In this document: positions 12,802 to 26,271 of the stretch, one piece after another
How the letters are laid out: every line of letters starts with the position of its first letter
Numbering within the stretch: position 1 is the first letter of the stretch
Assembly (NCBI GenBank): GCA_973895155.1
Contig: OZ316894.1
Span: 24,674,709-24,738,708 of the forward strand
Source: Marsupella aquatica
Taxonomy: Eukaryota; Plantae; Marchantiophyta
Direction: 5' to 3'
Length of the DNA stretch: 64,000 bases
Made by a program: the position numbers and the translations under genes
The notes under the pieces: model-generated
The model's input: only the letters and a program-made list of their open reading frames with translations
Told to the model about the DNA's origin: nothing
Databases searched by the model: none

Positions 12802-15800
12802 TTGGAAGAGATCCAACGTTTGCCAAAGGCACGACAACCTTCGGATCCTGCCATGGGCCGACACCTTTTGGGACGGATGGACATTGAGTGTCCATGTTGC
12901 AAAGCTCTTCATTGGATTGAAGAGTGCAAGGCCGGAACGCACCGCCATCCGTGCTTCACAATGTGTTGTGCCGATGGGAAGGTGGATTTGCCTCCAATTG
13001 GTGCTCCTCCAGAGCCTTTGCAGAGTTTGTTGACTGGAGGTAATGTTGCGGCTACAACCTTTCAGAAGAATATTAGAGGGTACAATAATGCCTTGGCATT
13101 TACATCAATAGGTGTTAAAATTGATGAAAGGGGGGGCAATCAGGGTCCGTATTCATTCCGCATACAAGGTGCTTTATATCATCGGGCCGGAAGCCTCTTG
13201 CCGCCTGATGGAGAGGGTCCCAAGTTTGCTCAACTCTATATTCATGACACGGGGAATGAGTTGGGCAACAGGTATTCTGCACAACATGAACCTTTTTTCT
13301 CTTAAGATGCATTTTTAGTTGCAATAAGTTGAGTCTCATTGGATTTTATGTTGGGTTGCAGGATGAATCGCATGCCACAGTTGGATGAGGCGGTGCTTGC
13401 TTCTTTGCAAGAAATGCTCCATACACACAACCCTTATGTATGAATGTTCAAAAATGTCGGGAGCCGCATTGATGACACTGAGGTGCCAGAGGTTTTGCTA
13501 CGTATTGTAGCTGAGCGTGACACCGACCCAAGACGTTACAACAAACCCACAGCGGATGAGATTGGTGTCATCATGGTTGGGGATGAGGATATTGAAACAC
13601 ATGGTCGAGATATTATCCTGAGGACAAGGGACGGGGGCCTACTTAGGATTTTGGAGTGGCATAGGTCCTATGCTCCTCTCCATTATGTCTTACTCTTTCC
13701 GCATGGTCAAGACGGGTGGTCTTATGACATCCCATTGGTGGGCCATGAATTTCAAGATGGGGTCATTATGGCAGTTGAACCCCAAGCAAGGGGTGGACGC
13801 AATGGCTCCAAAAAGGTTACACAACTACAATACTATGCATACTAGCTTGCTACACGCAAGGCGAGGTGATGATTGGCTGCTTCGTGGAGGGCGATTGCTA
13901 AAGCAATATATTGTGGACGCATATGCATGCATAGATCAAACGCGACTAACCTATATTCGCAACAATCAAAAAAAGTTGCGCACCAAACTATATCAAGGGC
14001 TTCAAGATGCAGTTCAAGATGGAGATGCACGTGCAGGTGATGTGGGTAGGACCTATATTTTGCCATCGTCATATGGGGGTAGTGCTCGAAATATGATGTA
14101 GGCATACCAAGACGCCATGGCCGTTGTACGCACGTATGGCCCCCCTGACCTTTTTATCACATTTATGTGCAATCCTGAATGGCCAGAAGTCAGAGCGGAA
14201 TGCTACCCCTATCAGACCCCGGCCGACCGGGATGACATTGTTGCTCGAGTGTTCAAACTCAAGTTGAAGGCACTTTTGGTGGACATTCGTGCAGGGGTCT
14301 TAGGTAGACCTGTTGCCTCTATGTATGTCATCGAGTTTCAAAAGAGGGGTTTGCCGCATGCCCACATTTTGATCATATTGGTTGAACAACATAAACTACG
14401 CACGCCGGAGTTGGTGGACCAATTAGTTTCTGCAAAGATACCGGACGTGAGGGTATATCCGCAATTATTTCAGACTATAACAAAATGCATGACGCATGGA
14501 CCGTGTGGTCGAGGGTACCCCAACTCGCCTTGCATGGTCGACGGCGGGGTCGACGGACAGTGTAGCAAGGGCTACCCGAGACCATTCTCAGTTGAAACAG
14601 TTTTGGGGGATGATGGGTATCCCATGTATCGACGTCGAGATGATGGGCGCAATTTCACAAAGGACAGAAGCGGCTTTAAGTTTGATAATAGGTGGGTTGT
14701 TCCTCATAGTCCATATTTGAGCATGAAATACAACGCTCATATTAACGTGGAGATATGCTGCTCTATCAAAGCCATTAAGTACTTATATAAGTATTGCTAC
14801 AAAGGGCATGATAAAGCAACAGTGGAGGTAGAGCAGCGTGATGAAATAAAAGAGCATTTGGATGCTAGGTATGTGTCTGCTGCAGAAGGAGTATGGCGAA
14901 TTAATCAGTTTGAAATGTCGGAGAGTAGTACTTCGGTGCAATGACTACAGGTGCATTGTGAGGGGGAACAATCTATTATGTTTCATGAAGATTCTGAGAT
15001 AATTGATGTGGTCCAACAAGAATCTCATAGGGATACAACTCTAACTGGGTGGTTCAAAGCAAATGCTTTGCACGAACATGCGAGACAGATTCTGTATACA
15101 AACTTTCCTCATGACTTTGTATGGAATTCAACTATACGCGCATGGACTCCTCGAAGAAGGGGGTTTAGCATTGGGAGGATGTATTTTGTGCCACCTGCTG
15201 CGGGGGAACGATACTACTTGCGAGCACTTCTACTTCATGTCAAAGGTGCAACATCATTCCTTCACCTTAGGACTTTTGAGGGCATTGTATACCCAAATTT
15301 TCAGGCAACGGCTCTTGCTCGGGGTTTGTACGAGAACGATGAAGAATGGGATAGATGTCTTCAGGAAGCGGCAGGTATGCAGACGGGTGCACAATTGAGA
15401 CAACTATTTATCACAATCATGTTATTTGGAGGTGTTGCTAGACCATGCGACTTGTGGACCCAACATGCATCCAATTTGAGCGATGATTGTTGCTATCGTT
15501 TGCGGTCAATGGGTTTTTTGGATCCCACTGAGGAGCAACAACAGAGCTTTGCCCTATATTTGATCAATGAGGCTTTGAAAAGTATTGGTAAAACATTGTT
15601 GGCGTTTGGTCTTCCAGTTCCAAGTATGCAATTTTTTGAAGAACTAGAAAATAGGAATCGTTTGATACGGGAGGAGACATGCTACCCGATTGATGCACTT
15701 CTTCAACAACTTGCAGAACAGGAGCCGTTGTTAAATGATGGGCAAAGGGTAGCCTACACTGCAATACTTGCAGTGGTGAGGGCTCGAGATGGAGGAACAT

Positions 15801-17138
15801 TTTTTGTTGATGGGCCAGGAGGGACGGGAAAAACATTTGTCGAGAATATTCTATTGAGGAGAGTGCGTGTAGATGGGGATGTGGCATTGGCTGTGGCTTC
15901 CTCGGGTATTGCAGGTCTTTTGTTAGATGGAGGGCGCACTGCCCATTCGCGATTCAAGCTTCCGTTGAAACCGATCTCAACGTCAACATGTGCTGTTCAA
16001 AAGCAATCTGACCTCAGTTGGTGGGTTGTTACGGAGGGCATCTTTTATCTTATGGGATGAAGCACCCATGATCCATCGGCATGGAGTTGAGGCGTTGGAT
16101 AGAACGCTACGTGACATACGAGATTGTGACCAAATTTTTGGAGGAGTTGTGGTTGTGTTTGCAGGAGATTTTCGACAAGTACTTCCTGTGAAGGCAAGGG
16201 CCAGTCGTCCGGAGATTGTGGGGTCGTGTTTGAAGAAATCTTACATCTGGAGTAGTATACAAACGTACAAACTAACAGAGAATATGCGGGCAAGAGGAAC
16301 ATTGGCATCTCCTGAGTTTGGCAATCTTACATTTGCAGAGTGGCTTCTTGCATTGGGCGATGACAAACTCCCAAAGGAGGGACCTTCAAATAACCTTATT
16401 AAATGTCCGGACCCGTGTCCGGAGTCTATGGTGGTGGAGGGAGGACGTGTGGAATCTTTGATTAGTGCAATCTACCCATCTCTTTTGAACGTGGATGATA
16501 AGTTCTTAAGCGAGAGGACTATCCTAGCGCCAACCAACGATGAGGTGCTCAAAATCAACAATTGCATTCTAGAAGAACTTCCTAGGGAGTCAAAGGAGTT
16601 TTTAAGCGTCGATCGTCCGGATCAACTAGAAGGGGAGAATTTTTATCCTACGGAGTTCTTGAACACGCTGACACCGAGTGGTTTACCACCTCACAAGCTG
16701 GTACTGAAGGTTGGATGCCCTATAATCTTGCTAAGGAATATAGATCACTCGCTTGGATTATGTAATGGCACAAGGCTCATTGTGAGATCCATGAATCGTC
16801 GTGTCATTGAGGCACGAGTCCTTGCAGGAAAATATGTCGGAACTATTACGTTCATCCCACGCATTCCATTAACGTCTGATGAATCACTTCCTTTTATATT
16901 ACGTAGGGTCCAGTTTCCCATCCGAGTGGCATATGCAATGACCATCAACAAGGCTCAAGGTCAAACTTTAGAACATGTAGGGTTGCAACTTTCAAAACCT
17001 GTTTTTAGTCACGGCCAGTTGTATGTAGCATTCTCAAGAGCAACATCGCCTAGAAGTATTAAGGTTTTGCTTCCAGATTCTGAGGAGGGTCATGCAAGGT
17101 TGACCAAAAATGTTGTATATGATGAAGTTCTTTATTGA
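12802..17138 (+). pseudogene. Helitron RepHel (HUH Y2 endonuclease + PIF1/SF1B helicase), disrupted
   Basis: N-terminal CPCCKALHW...CCADG; Rep motifs PDLFITFMCNPEW, IEFQKRGLPHAHILI (HUH), YLYKYCYKG; helicase motifs DGPGGTGKT, WDEAPM, GDFRQVLPV, QFPIRVAYAMTINKAQGQTL, HGQLYVAFSR. One GT-AG intron 13272-13361. In-frame stops at 13441, 14099 and 14942; frameshifts near 13843 and 16020. The N-terminus may extend to ~12039. Confidence 0.93.
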
Positions 17139-17349
17139 ACACGAATAAAGTTGGCATGCATATGGTATCAATTATCTTCATGTATTTGCATTTAAGCATG
17201 TTATGTATTTCATCTTCATCATGTTTGCCATATCCCATGACATCTTTTTTCCAAACCTTGACCTTGACCTTTGTGCCTCGCTTAAACATCTTTTCTCTTA
17301 TGGACATATTTTGCTCATCTCAATATCTTTTGCTCATCACAACATCTTC

Positions 17350-17770
17350 TCATCACTCGACATCTTTTTATCACTTGAGGTCTTTTGATCACCTTGACAT
17401 CTTTTTACGCCTCGACATCTTTTATCACCTTGACATCTTTTATCACTCGACATCTTTTTATCACTCGACATCCTTTTATCACCTCAACATATTTATATCA
17501 CCTCAACATATTTATATCACTCGACATCTGTTTATCACTCGACATCCTTTTATCACCTCAACATATTTATATCACCTCGACATCTGTTTATCACTCAACA
17601 TCCTTTTATCACCTCGACATATTTATATCACTCGACATCTGTTTATCACTCGACATCCTTTTATCACCTCGACATATTTATATCACTCGACATCTGTTTA
17701 TCACTCGACATCCTTTTATCACCTCGACATATTTATATCACTCGACATCTTTTTATCACTCGACATCTTT
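17350..17770 (+). repeat. Helitron 3' subterminal minisatellite (17-18-bp units)
   Basis: About 20 copies of tttatcac(c)tcgacat(c/a), arranged in ~52-bp higher-order triplets, ending just before the terminal hairpin and CTAG. Confidence 0.9.
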
Positions 17771-20489
17771 CGTGCAACGCACTGGCATGGGGCTAGTTTA
17801 GTATATTATTTGACAACGAGCCCTATATTTAGTATCTTATAGTTTTTTTTAATGCAAATAGAAAGCATGACAAAAAGTATGTATGATTATCACATGTAGG
17901 ATGAGTCATAGAATTAGAATCTAGAGACTTCATTCTAAAAGCCTAGGTCACAACTCTAGCTTGTAGTTGGTCAAGTAAGATGTCCTCCTTCTAGCACGAA
18001 GGCATGTTCTTCTAGCAAGAAGACATTTTTTCCAGGTGTGAAATGGACCTAAAGATATGTGCACCTTTTCCATGCTCTACTTGTAGCTCTCCGTGCAGCT
18101 CGCATGTACTACTCAAACTACAATCAAGCTACGATTGTGAGTAGAACTCACCTCATTGCCCCTGACTACCTTATTTATTTTGCTCAACAACACTTGAGCT
18201 CGACATATATCACTCATGCTCAACAATGCTGTGCTTTGGGCCACTCAGAAGTACTTTGCAATAAGTAACTCACACTCTTTATGCTCAGTTGTACCCATCG
18301 ATCCCGTCTAGTCTCCAGTTCTTCATTTGGGTAAAATGGTCTGCAGAGCCTAGGATAAAGCAAGTCTCAAGCATTTACGGCAATAATATTTTTTGATACT
18401 GTTGAAATATATCCATTGCAGATGCTCGACTATTAGTTAGTTTCTAAACGAAACTCAAAAGCTTGGTAGAGCTCCAATGAAAAGTGCTGAGCTCCAACGA
18501 AATGTGCTGAGTGGGAGATGACAACGTGGAATCCGGCTACGTTGTTTTCAAGGGATTGAGTATGGAGTCCTCAGTCTGCCTTTGTTTTGTCGATCTGACT
18601 CACTCTGCACACAATCTCCAAAGTGCGAGCGAAAGTGTCGACCTTTCCGCCTTACTTACTTAGTTTGTTAACCCACTCAGTTTGTCATGTTAGTATGCAA
18701 TAAGTAGTGGAAGAGCAGACAGACCTGACTTTGACTACTCTGATCGATGGACTGAAGGGAGGACAGTGCAAGTTCTATCTCCGCACCCTTAGCAGCTCGT
18801 CTACATCCCTACGTTGGTGTGACATATGTCCAAAATATAGAATTCCAGATAATATTAAAGTTACTCCCAAGCAGAACTAGTCTCGATCTGCAGATAGACA
18901 TGAAAGGATTAAGCAAGTATTGACACAATGGTGATCGTTGTAACCATCAGATATCTAGAAAGTTAGTACGTAAGCAAAACTACGACTCTGGTATTGTTTC
19001 CCTTCAGTGGTCAGTTATACTTTCCCGTCATGATCGAAGGACCAACAACAAATAGAACGAGCAATCCATAAGTCATCTTTTTCAAGTCATTTGCCCGTAT
19101 GTATGTTTCCTGCCTTGTCACAATGTCAGATTGTCTCACACAGAGAAAGAGCACTCTGACGTCTGGAGTGGCACTTGTAATGAATTATTCTGTCTAGTAT
19201 TTATATATTGTGCATTTAGTGATAGTGCTGCACTATCAAATAATTGTGTCACATTTTAGAACTATTTACAAAATTTGAGGTTCAAGCCACTTCTTGAAAA
19301 TTTATATTCGTCTTCATAACTTCTTTCATTACAAACCCATGACCCATGAGATCCTGTACCGGTTCTCTTGTAGACCCCCTTCTCTAGAGGCTAGGGTTTC
19401 AAACTGACTACCAAAGAATGTGTCTCGAGGAATGTGTACATTCTAACTGGGGTCGGAAGTTTGGAAGCCGATGCATTTTTAATTTCCATATATGCATGCC
19501 TCGCATATGCCCTCTGCCAGTACTGACCTTGGTTGTTGAAATTCTGCATTATGCTTTTGCTTGTTCGTATCTCAATCGGGTTCTCAATTTGATCTCCCGT
19601 CAGCTTCGTCATCATTCGTATCTGTAAGGCTCGATATAAGCGCCGGAATCTCCCGACTTCAATGCAATATATGATATACCTAGTGGGAAGCTCCTTCAGA
19701 GAACCATTCAATCTCCACCACGCTTGATTTACTGAGTATGGTCCACAACTGAGACTCCAAGCCAGGACATGATTCTAGAATAATCCAATTCTATCGCATG
19801 GCAATTCGAACTTAGTGGTGATTCCTACGATGATGGCCGAGAGCTAGACAATCTAGAGTCAGACACAATTGAGTATGATTGCAGTTAGATTTGATGGGGC
19901 GGGGTTTCCCTTAGCTTCTCTATGTGCCCCCCCAAAATTGGAATTTGGAACAAGTACAGATAGACCACACCCCGTCCAAACTGTGTCGGCCAAATTCCAA
20001 GTCTGTCGTGACCCTTCCAGACATACAATTTAAGTGTTAATTGGACTTATACAAGTCGAAGTTTGAATTGAGCGCAGAGAGTGGTAATTAATCAAAGTTC
20101 TTTTCAGAGTGTACGTTTCATGTGTCCTCCTTTCTATTCTTTCTATTCCTGGTTCCACTTGGATTTTGGGTTTCCCGTCACTTACACTTCACTGGAACGA
20201 TCTGACTTGGCCTTTGGATTCTCCTCCTAAATTCAACTGGTTGTTTATTAACTGTTGTGTTCATTGACTACATAGCTAGCTGCCAGGTGAGTGTCACCTA
20301 AATAAGAAAAACATTGTCTCACCTAAATAAGAAAAACATTGTCTCACTTTTATAATGATGACCCACAGCATGTGTATGGTTAGTATGCATTTATCTGATT
20401 AGAGATTGAAGTGACTTTAAAGGTTTTTTAATGTTGCTACATTCTCAATCCACTTGACAGGTCAGACTAAAGTTTGATTAGGGATATTT

Positions 20490-21025
20490 AAAGATAAAAG
20501 ATGTCAAGGTGAGAAAAAGATGTCAAGGTGATAAAAGATGTCGAAGAGAGAAAAAATGTTGAGGTGAGAAAAGATGTCAAGATCCTAATAGAGGTGAGCA
20601 AAAGATGTCTACGGAGGTGATAAAAGAAGTAGAGGAGAGAAAAGATGTTGAGGTGAGAAACATATGTCGAGCAGAGAAAAGATGTTGAGGAGAGAAATAA
20701 ATGTTGAGATGAGAAAGAAATTGAGGAGAGAAAATATGTCAAGGTGAACAATGGATATTGAGGAGAGAAAAATTAAGATGTTGAGAAGAGAAACATCTAT
20801 CTGCAAATGAGACAAAAAGATGTTGAGCAAAAAAAGATGTAAAGTAGAGCAATATATTTCAAGGAGACAAAATAATGGCAGGATAGCATATTATAGAGCT
20901 AGATGGGAAGAACCTCACCATCACAAACTAAATGTCAGGGCAACTCATATAGCTGAAGTGTTGTAGCCCCATGCCTGTGCATTGTACAAAAGATTTTGAG
21001 ATGAGAAAAGATAGTGAGGTGAGGA
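20490..21025 (-). mobile_element. Degenerate Helitron 3'-end remnant(s) in inverted orientation
   Basis: Minus strand 20993-20963 reads cttttgtacaatgcacaggcatggggctac, versus ctttcgtgcaacgcactggcatggggctag at the intact Helitron end. 20490-20830 is the reverse complement of the ctc(a/g)acatctttt minisatellite. Confidence 0.75.
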
Positions 21026-21811
21026 ACCCTAAACCCTAAATCCATTTTCTCCTCCTTTTTCACTATTATTGCTTTACTTATTTTCTTTATTTTCATCATT
21101 CTCCATTAATATTTGTTCCACTTTGTCTCATCCCCTCCACCTACCATTTATGGGATGGTACGTAAAACCCATGGGTGCATCATTAATTTCTCCTCCCTAC
21201 TTTGAACTCTATGGCTTCTAGTGCTTGTCTCCTCATAATGGTGTCCCAAGTACTCCAGTCCCAATGACAACACATGGCACTCACATAGAGAGTTTATGCC
21301 ATATCTCCCTCCTAAAGAATCTTTGTGGTATACCAAAATAATTTGTCTTGTCTCCTTGGATTAGGTAGATTGTTTTTTGAATAATAAAATGCCTATTGGG
21401 TATAATCCTTATCCCGAGACACCATGCACATGTAAATACCATACAAAGTAATTGACACAATGAGTATGTGGTTCATCTCACGACTGAGGCTACGTCCACG
21501 GGAAAGCAAGAGACCTTTACTTCTCTCTTGCTCCACTCCAACAATGAGTTGAAGATCCACCAGGGGCTGGCAACAGCCCTGGTTATATGCAACATGCATC
21601 ACTACTAACCTTAGCTAAGTCCTAACTTGAGTTAGCCTAACTACGGTTAGCCTTGAAGTCACAAGACTAAGAGCAATACTCAACAAGGCCAACTGTAGAT
21701 ACAAGAAAGTATAAATTCAATGATTAGAGAATGTTCCCTTTAAAAGTGTGTTTGTAAAGCGACGATACACTATTTTTGGCAGGATTCATTATTGTAGTAA
21801 TAGATTCCATT

Positions 21812-22640
21812 TTTTGATTAAAAATACCCTAATGTTCTTACAAGCGTCAAAATTTGCATTTGAATGATCCTAATTATGTTCTTCCCAAAAAATTCTTATT
21901 AAGTCTTGAGTTCCCTTAGAACCAATAAAAGGACTCTATTCTTCGTCGCACATTATATGTCATTTTCATGCTTGGATATGTCGGGGATCTGCTGCCTTGC
22001 AATGTGCTTTTGTTTTACTATGAAATCAAAGGTTAAAACCTCAAGAGCCAAAAGGTTTCCGGCCCTTGCCCTTTAATTGGACTCTACAATACTGCCTTCA
22101 GGCATGGCATAGGACTGAAGGCATTCAATCAGGCATAATTATAAATTCTTGCTCACTCATATATAGCATGCTCATCCTGGAACATGCTTTACTTTTTGTT
22201 TGGTAGTGATATGTAAGTGGACAAAATTAGAGAGTAAAACTAAAATACATATTAAATGTGAATGGGATAAAATAATATTAGTAAAGCACGTGCAAATAAA
22301 AGCACATAGTGACCAATGAAAAGTACAATTAAATTTTATGACACAAAGATGCTACGAGTTGTGCACTCTCGGGGGTCTCACTATATGGGGACCTCCCCAT
22401 CACCTGCAACGTTTTAAGGCCTCGGACCACCTAACATGTAAGAAAAAAATTGTTTTTGACCCTATAAAATTAGAATATTCTTGGAATATTCCAAAAATTG
22501 GATTAAAAAGACCCTAATGTTCTTAAAAGTCTCAAAATTGAATTTAAAAGACCCTATTATTCTTCTACAAAAATTCTTAAGTCTTCCCTTAGAACCAATA
22601 AAATGACCCTATCATTTGTCGCACGTGAAATGTCATTTTT
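21812..22640. repeat. Diverged ~150-bp direct repeat pair of a dispersed AT-rich family
   Basis: gattaaaaa.accctaatgttctta...ttcccttagaaccaataaaa...gtcgcac...atgtcatttt at ~21815-21967 and ~22500-22640; a related motif occurs at ~41865-41990. Confidence 0.7.
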
Positions 22641-23630
22641 GTGGAAGTGAAACCCCCAAGTGTGCACTTACTTCAATGTGTCTTATTAATGACACTCATT
22701 TCAATTAAAACCATAAACTTAGGAAAGAAAGCCATGAGGGGAACTTAACATAGGATGTGTTGACATTATTTATCTGAATCATTCCTCTCACTCATGAGAA
22801 TACTTAAAAGGGCTAGAAAATGAAGCCCTTGGTTTCTCTCCAGGAGTTTACAAAGTTTAAATATCAAGGGGGCTGCCAAAATAAATCCAAAATATTATAG
22901 GATACCAAAGATTAAAGGGGTCCAAAAATGAATTAAAAGTCTATATGATACAAAGGATGTCCCATGTTAAGGTACATTCAAATAAAAATACACGATACAA
23001 AAATATGAATAAGACAAAACATATATGAAAGGTGGATTCATTCACCATATAGCAGTGTCATTATAATTATTTCATATGTGCGTTTGCATCTGTGAAGTGA
23101 AGAGCTGCTTTCTTTTGAAAGACCCTGTAATGCAAGAGTTGGCCTAAAGGTCCATTTCAATTGGCTTGAATCCTTAAGGTTAGGGCCCTTTCCACCTTGT
23201 TTTCCTATAGCTAGAGTGAGTAGCCCTCTACTCATCAGATCACCCTCGATCTTAATTTGTCCTCTTTGTATTATTATCTGACTTGCCTCACTCTTTTCAC
23301 CCTTCTTAATTTATTGAAGTATATATATATTGGTCGATATTGGGTCGGTATCTTCTGTTGCATATCACTACCATTGATCACTTAAAAATCAATCACTAAG
23401 TAATCAATCACGGATTAAAGACTATAATAGCATGTTGAATTGCGCCAGGTTTTTATAGTGGTCATCATTCAAATTTGCAGTGTCCAAAAAAGGTTAATCC
23501 TATCAAAGAGAATGAATAAACGCTATATTAAATTTAGTGTGCACCAAGAAGGGAATCATGAGCTTTCCAAACAAGAGGGGAATCAAATGGGGCACAAACT
23601 AAGAGGGAGCAAATGCACATCCACAAGGAC

Positions 23631-24436
23631 ACCGCGCGTTGAGTCTACAACAAGTTAATGCTCCCCACTTTTCTCAGGGCGGACCCGTACATTGCCCGTC
23701 TCGGTCCCCGATGCTGCTGCCCGCTACGGCCAGAGTTTGCAAAAACATAAACCAATGATACTCTTACTACCATGTTGTCATCCCCTCCGCCCCAACAATT
23801 CTGTGCCATCGACTTCAGGTTTATGTTCTGGCACCCGTCACTTGTTGTCACTCCCTCCGGCCCAAGTCCCCAATTCTGCTGCCCACTCCCCCGGCCCACT
23901 TCGGCCCAAGTTTTCTAGAACATAAACCCAAAGTACTAGGCTTTGCCTTAACACTTAGACTCTATTACTAAACAGACATGAATCCATTGGAAAGAAGTGT
24001 CGCCAAAACATAAACCACGACTTCATAGAGAAGAAGCATTTGGCAAAACATTAACCAAAACTCTATCAATCTTGACTCTTAACCAAAGTACTAGGCTATG
24101 CAACACTTAGACTCTATTACAAAACAAATTTGTCTCCGTTCGAAAGAAGTGTTGTCAGAACATGTAAACCAAGACTCCACAAGGAAGAAGTTGATGACAC
24201 AAAGTTGATCAGGCCGGAGCAGGTGACAACAAATGAAAGGTGCCAAAACATAAACCCGAAGTCGATGGCACAAAGTTGATTGGTCCGGAGCGGGTGACAA
24301 AATAGAAGAGTTTTGGTTTATGTTCTGGCAAACTTGGGGGGAGCGGGCAGCAACATTGGGGACTTGGATGAGCAATGACATACGGAGCCCCAAGAAAATG
24401 GGGGAGCATTAACTTGTTGTAGATTTAACGCGCAGT
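23631..24436. mobile_element. Non-autonomous long-TIR DNA transposon (Mutator-like MITE), 806 bp
   Basis: Left end accgcgcgttgagtctacaacaagttaatgctcccc matches the reverse complement of the right end (actgcgcgttaaatctacaacaagttaatgctcccc); imperfect similarity continues for ~230 bp. Perfect 9-bp TSD CACAAGGAC at 23622-23630 and 24437-24445. Internal direct repeat ccaaagtactaggct...aacacttagactctattac. Confidence 0.9.
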
Positions 24437-25369
24437 CACAAGGACTAAGGCGGTTAGTAATCTATACACAAGAAGTACACAAGTACATAATGAATATGGT
24501 ACTCTCTACTAATAATTATAGTACTGTAGGTACTATAATATTGCATTGCATAATGTGATAATGATAGTAATTTAATTGAAGTAGGTTAATTAAACACAAT
24601 AAGTTAGATGATAGAGAGAATATGGTAATATTATTAAGGGAATTCAAATTCATCCTCAGCATTCATGGATGACAAGGAGACCGGGGTGACAAGGAGGCCG
24701 GGGTGAGGCATCTTTGATGCTCAGTCCCCCCTTTGGCATTTGAGTCCTCTCCTTCCGCCTCAGTTCCTCAACCACAAGCTTTACCCTAGCTAACTAGCAC
24801 AAGAATATATATTATTAAAAACTATAATACACTCTTGCACCAATTTATGGCATGGTAGTCATTCAAAAGTGCCGGGCTGTTTTGGGTAAAAGAATCAAAA
24901 CGCAGAATAAAACCAAGGCTTAGTTAGCCAAAAAAAACTTACAGTCGTCCCTTGGATGCAGGTTGCGGCGACCTACCCTTCCATGCTGCCTCCGCCTCCC
25001 TCCGCCCTGACAACCCCGGCCCAATTCCCCTTGCTCCTGAGCTCCCTCCTCCATAGTGCGCTACCTCAAGGCAAGGCGAGTCAACTCCCTCAACTTCCCT
25101 CCCAACTCACCGTGGCACCACCTCCCTCCCTCACACGAAACTACTCTCAGAGTGCCCTCACAACTGGCTAGGAGGGACCACCCCGGGTCTCAGGTCCAGG
25201 CGCACCCAATTTGGACAGATACTCAGTGTCAAGTGAGCCATCAGTGGCCCTAACTCAACCCCTTGCCTTGGTTCCAACTCCCCGCCAAGCCCTTGGTTGT
25301 TGGTATGTCTTGCCACTCGGTTCTACGTGCACTTAAAGACGCATGGGTTGGGCCCCGGGTTGGGGGTCC

Positions 25370-25850
25370 CAACAACATCACCATTTGCACAACAACATTG
25401 TTTACTTGAAGACTTCTTTCACCTCAACAACATTTGTTACTGAACAACGTCTTTTACTTGGCAGCATCTTTGGTTAACAACACATATTACATCAACAATA
25501 TCTTCTACTAATAAACACTTTGTATTTAATAACATCTGACATTACTAACTACATCCCTTTACTTAGTTATCACATTGTTTTAATTACTTAACAACATTTT
25601 TGCTACCACAACATCTTTGCACTTGATGACATCTTTGACATAACGTCTTTTTATTTCCCAACATCTTTGACATATTTTGACATAATTACATTTTGACTTT
25701 ACAATCTTTGGCATCACCATCATTTTCGTTTTCCTTAAAAACATCGAACAACATTAATCTTTTGTGGACCATCTTTTGTACAATCTTTTATGGACCAACT
25801 TTTGTACAATCTTTTATGGACCAACATATATCTTTTGTCGCCATTGAACT
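25370..25850 (+). repeat. Degenerate (c/a)acatcttt-type minisatellite, Helitron-subterminal-like
   Basis: Repeated aacatcttt / gacatcttt / acaatctttt motifs resembling 17350-17770, preceded by a C-rich block at ~24955-25370. Confidence 0.45.
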
Positions 25851-26051
25851 CCACTCTAGTTCTCGACTCTTCATCACCCTCTTTCTACTCTTTGTAATAT
25901 TATCTAATTTTGCAGGAGTCTTTTCACCGTTCTTAATTTAGTTCGGTAGCTTGGTTCGGTAGCTTCCACCCACGCATCATCACTCTCATCACTACCACTG
26001 GATTCATTGCAGATCGGGGTGTTTTACTAAGTAATCAATCACGGATTCTCC

Positions 26052-26062
26052 ACATATAAATA
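26052..26062 (+). promoter_or_regulatory. Candidate TATA box of the secreted-protein gene
   Basis: acatataaata about 215 bp upstream of the ATG at 26272. Confidence 0.4.
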
Positions 26063-26271
26063 CTATGACCTCTCGCGGTTGTCTGCATTGAGCTCCTCAG
26101 TCTAAGTTCACTGATTAGCCAGCCATTTTTCTTTGTTAGGGCCGGGTTTTGGCTTGCCACCCAATTCCCCCCTTCTTGTAGATCTCTCTTCTCAACAGAA
26201 GGAAGAGCATCAGATTCTATTGTTTCGTACCAGTACCAGATACTCTTAGCTCGAAGACGGGTTCGCAGACA

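Larger units (their letters stand above)
9627..17796 (+). mobile_element. Full-length Helitron (rolling-circle transposon), inactivated
   Basis: 5' end TCTAACTACTATAATATAC after host A (9626); 3' imperfect hairpin cgtgcaacgcact (~17771-17783) then CTAG (17793-17796) followed by host T. A^T insertion with no TSD. Encodes Rep/PIF1 helicase. Confidence 0.92.

Noticed and set aside
17135-17842. 235-aa and 138-aa ORFs after the helicase
   Set aside because: They are translations of the 17-18-bp minisatellite.
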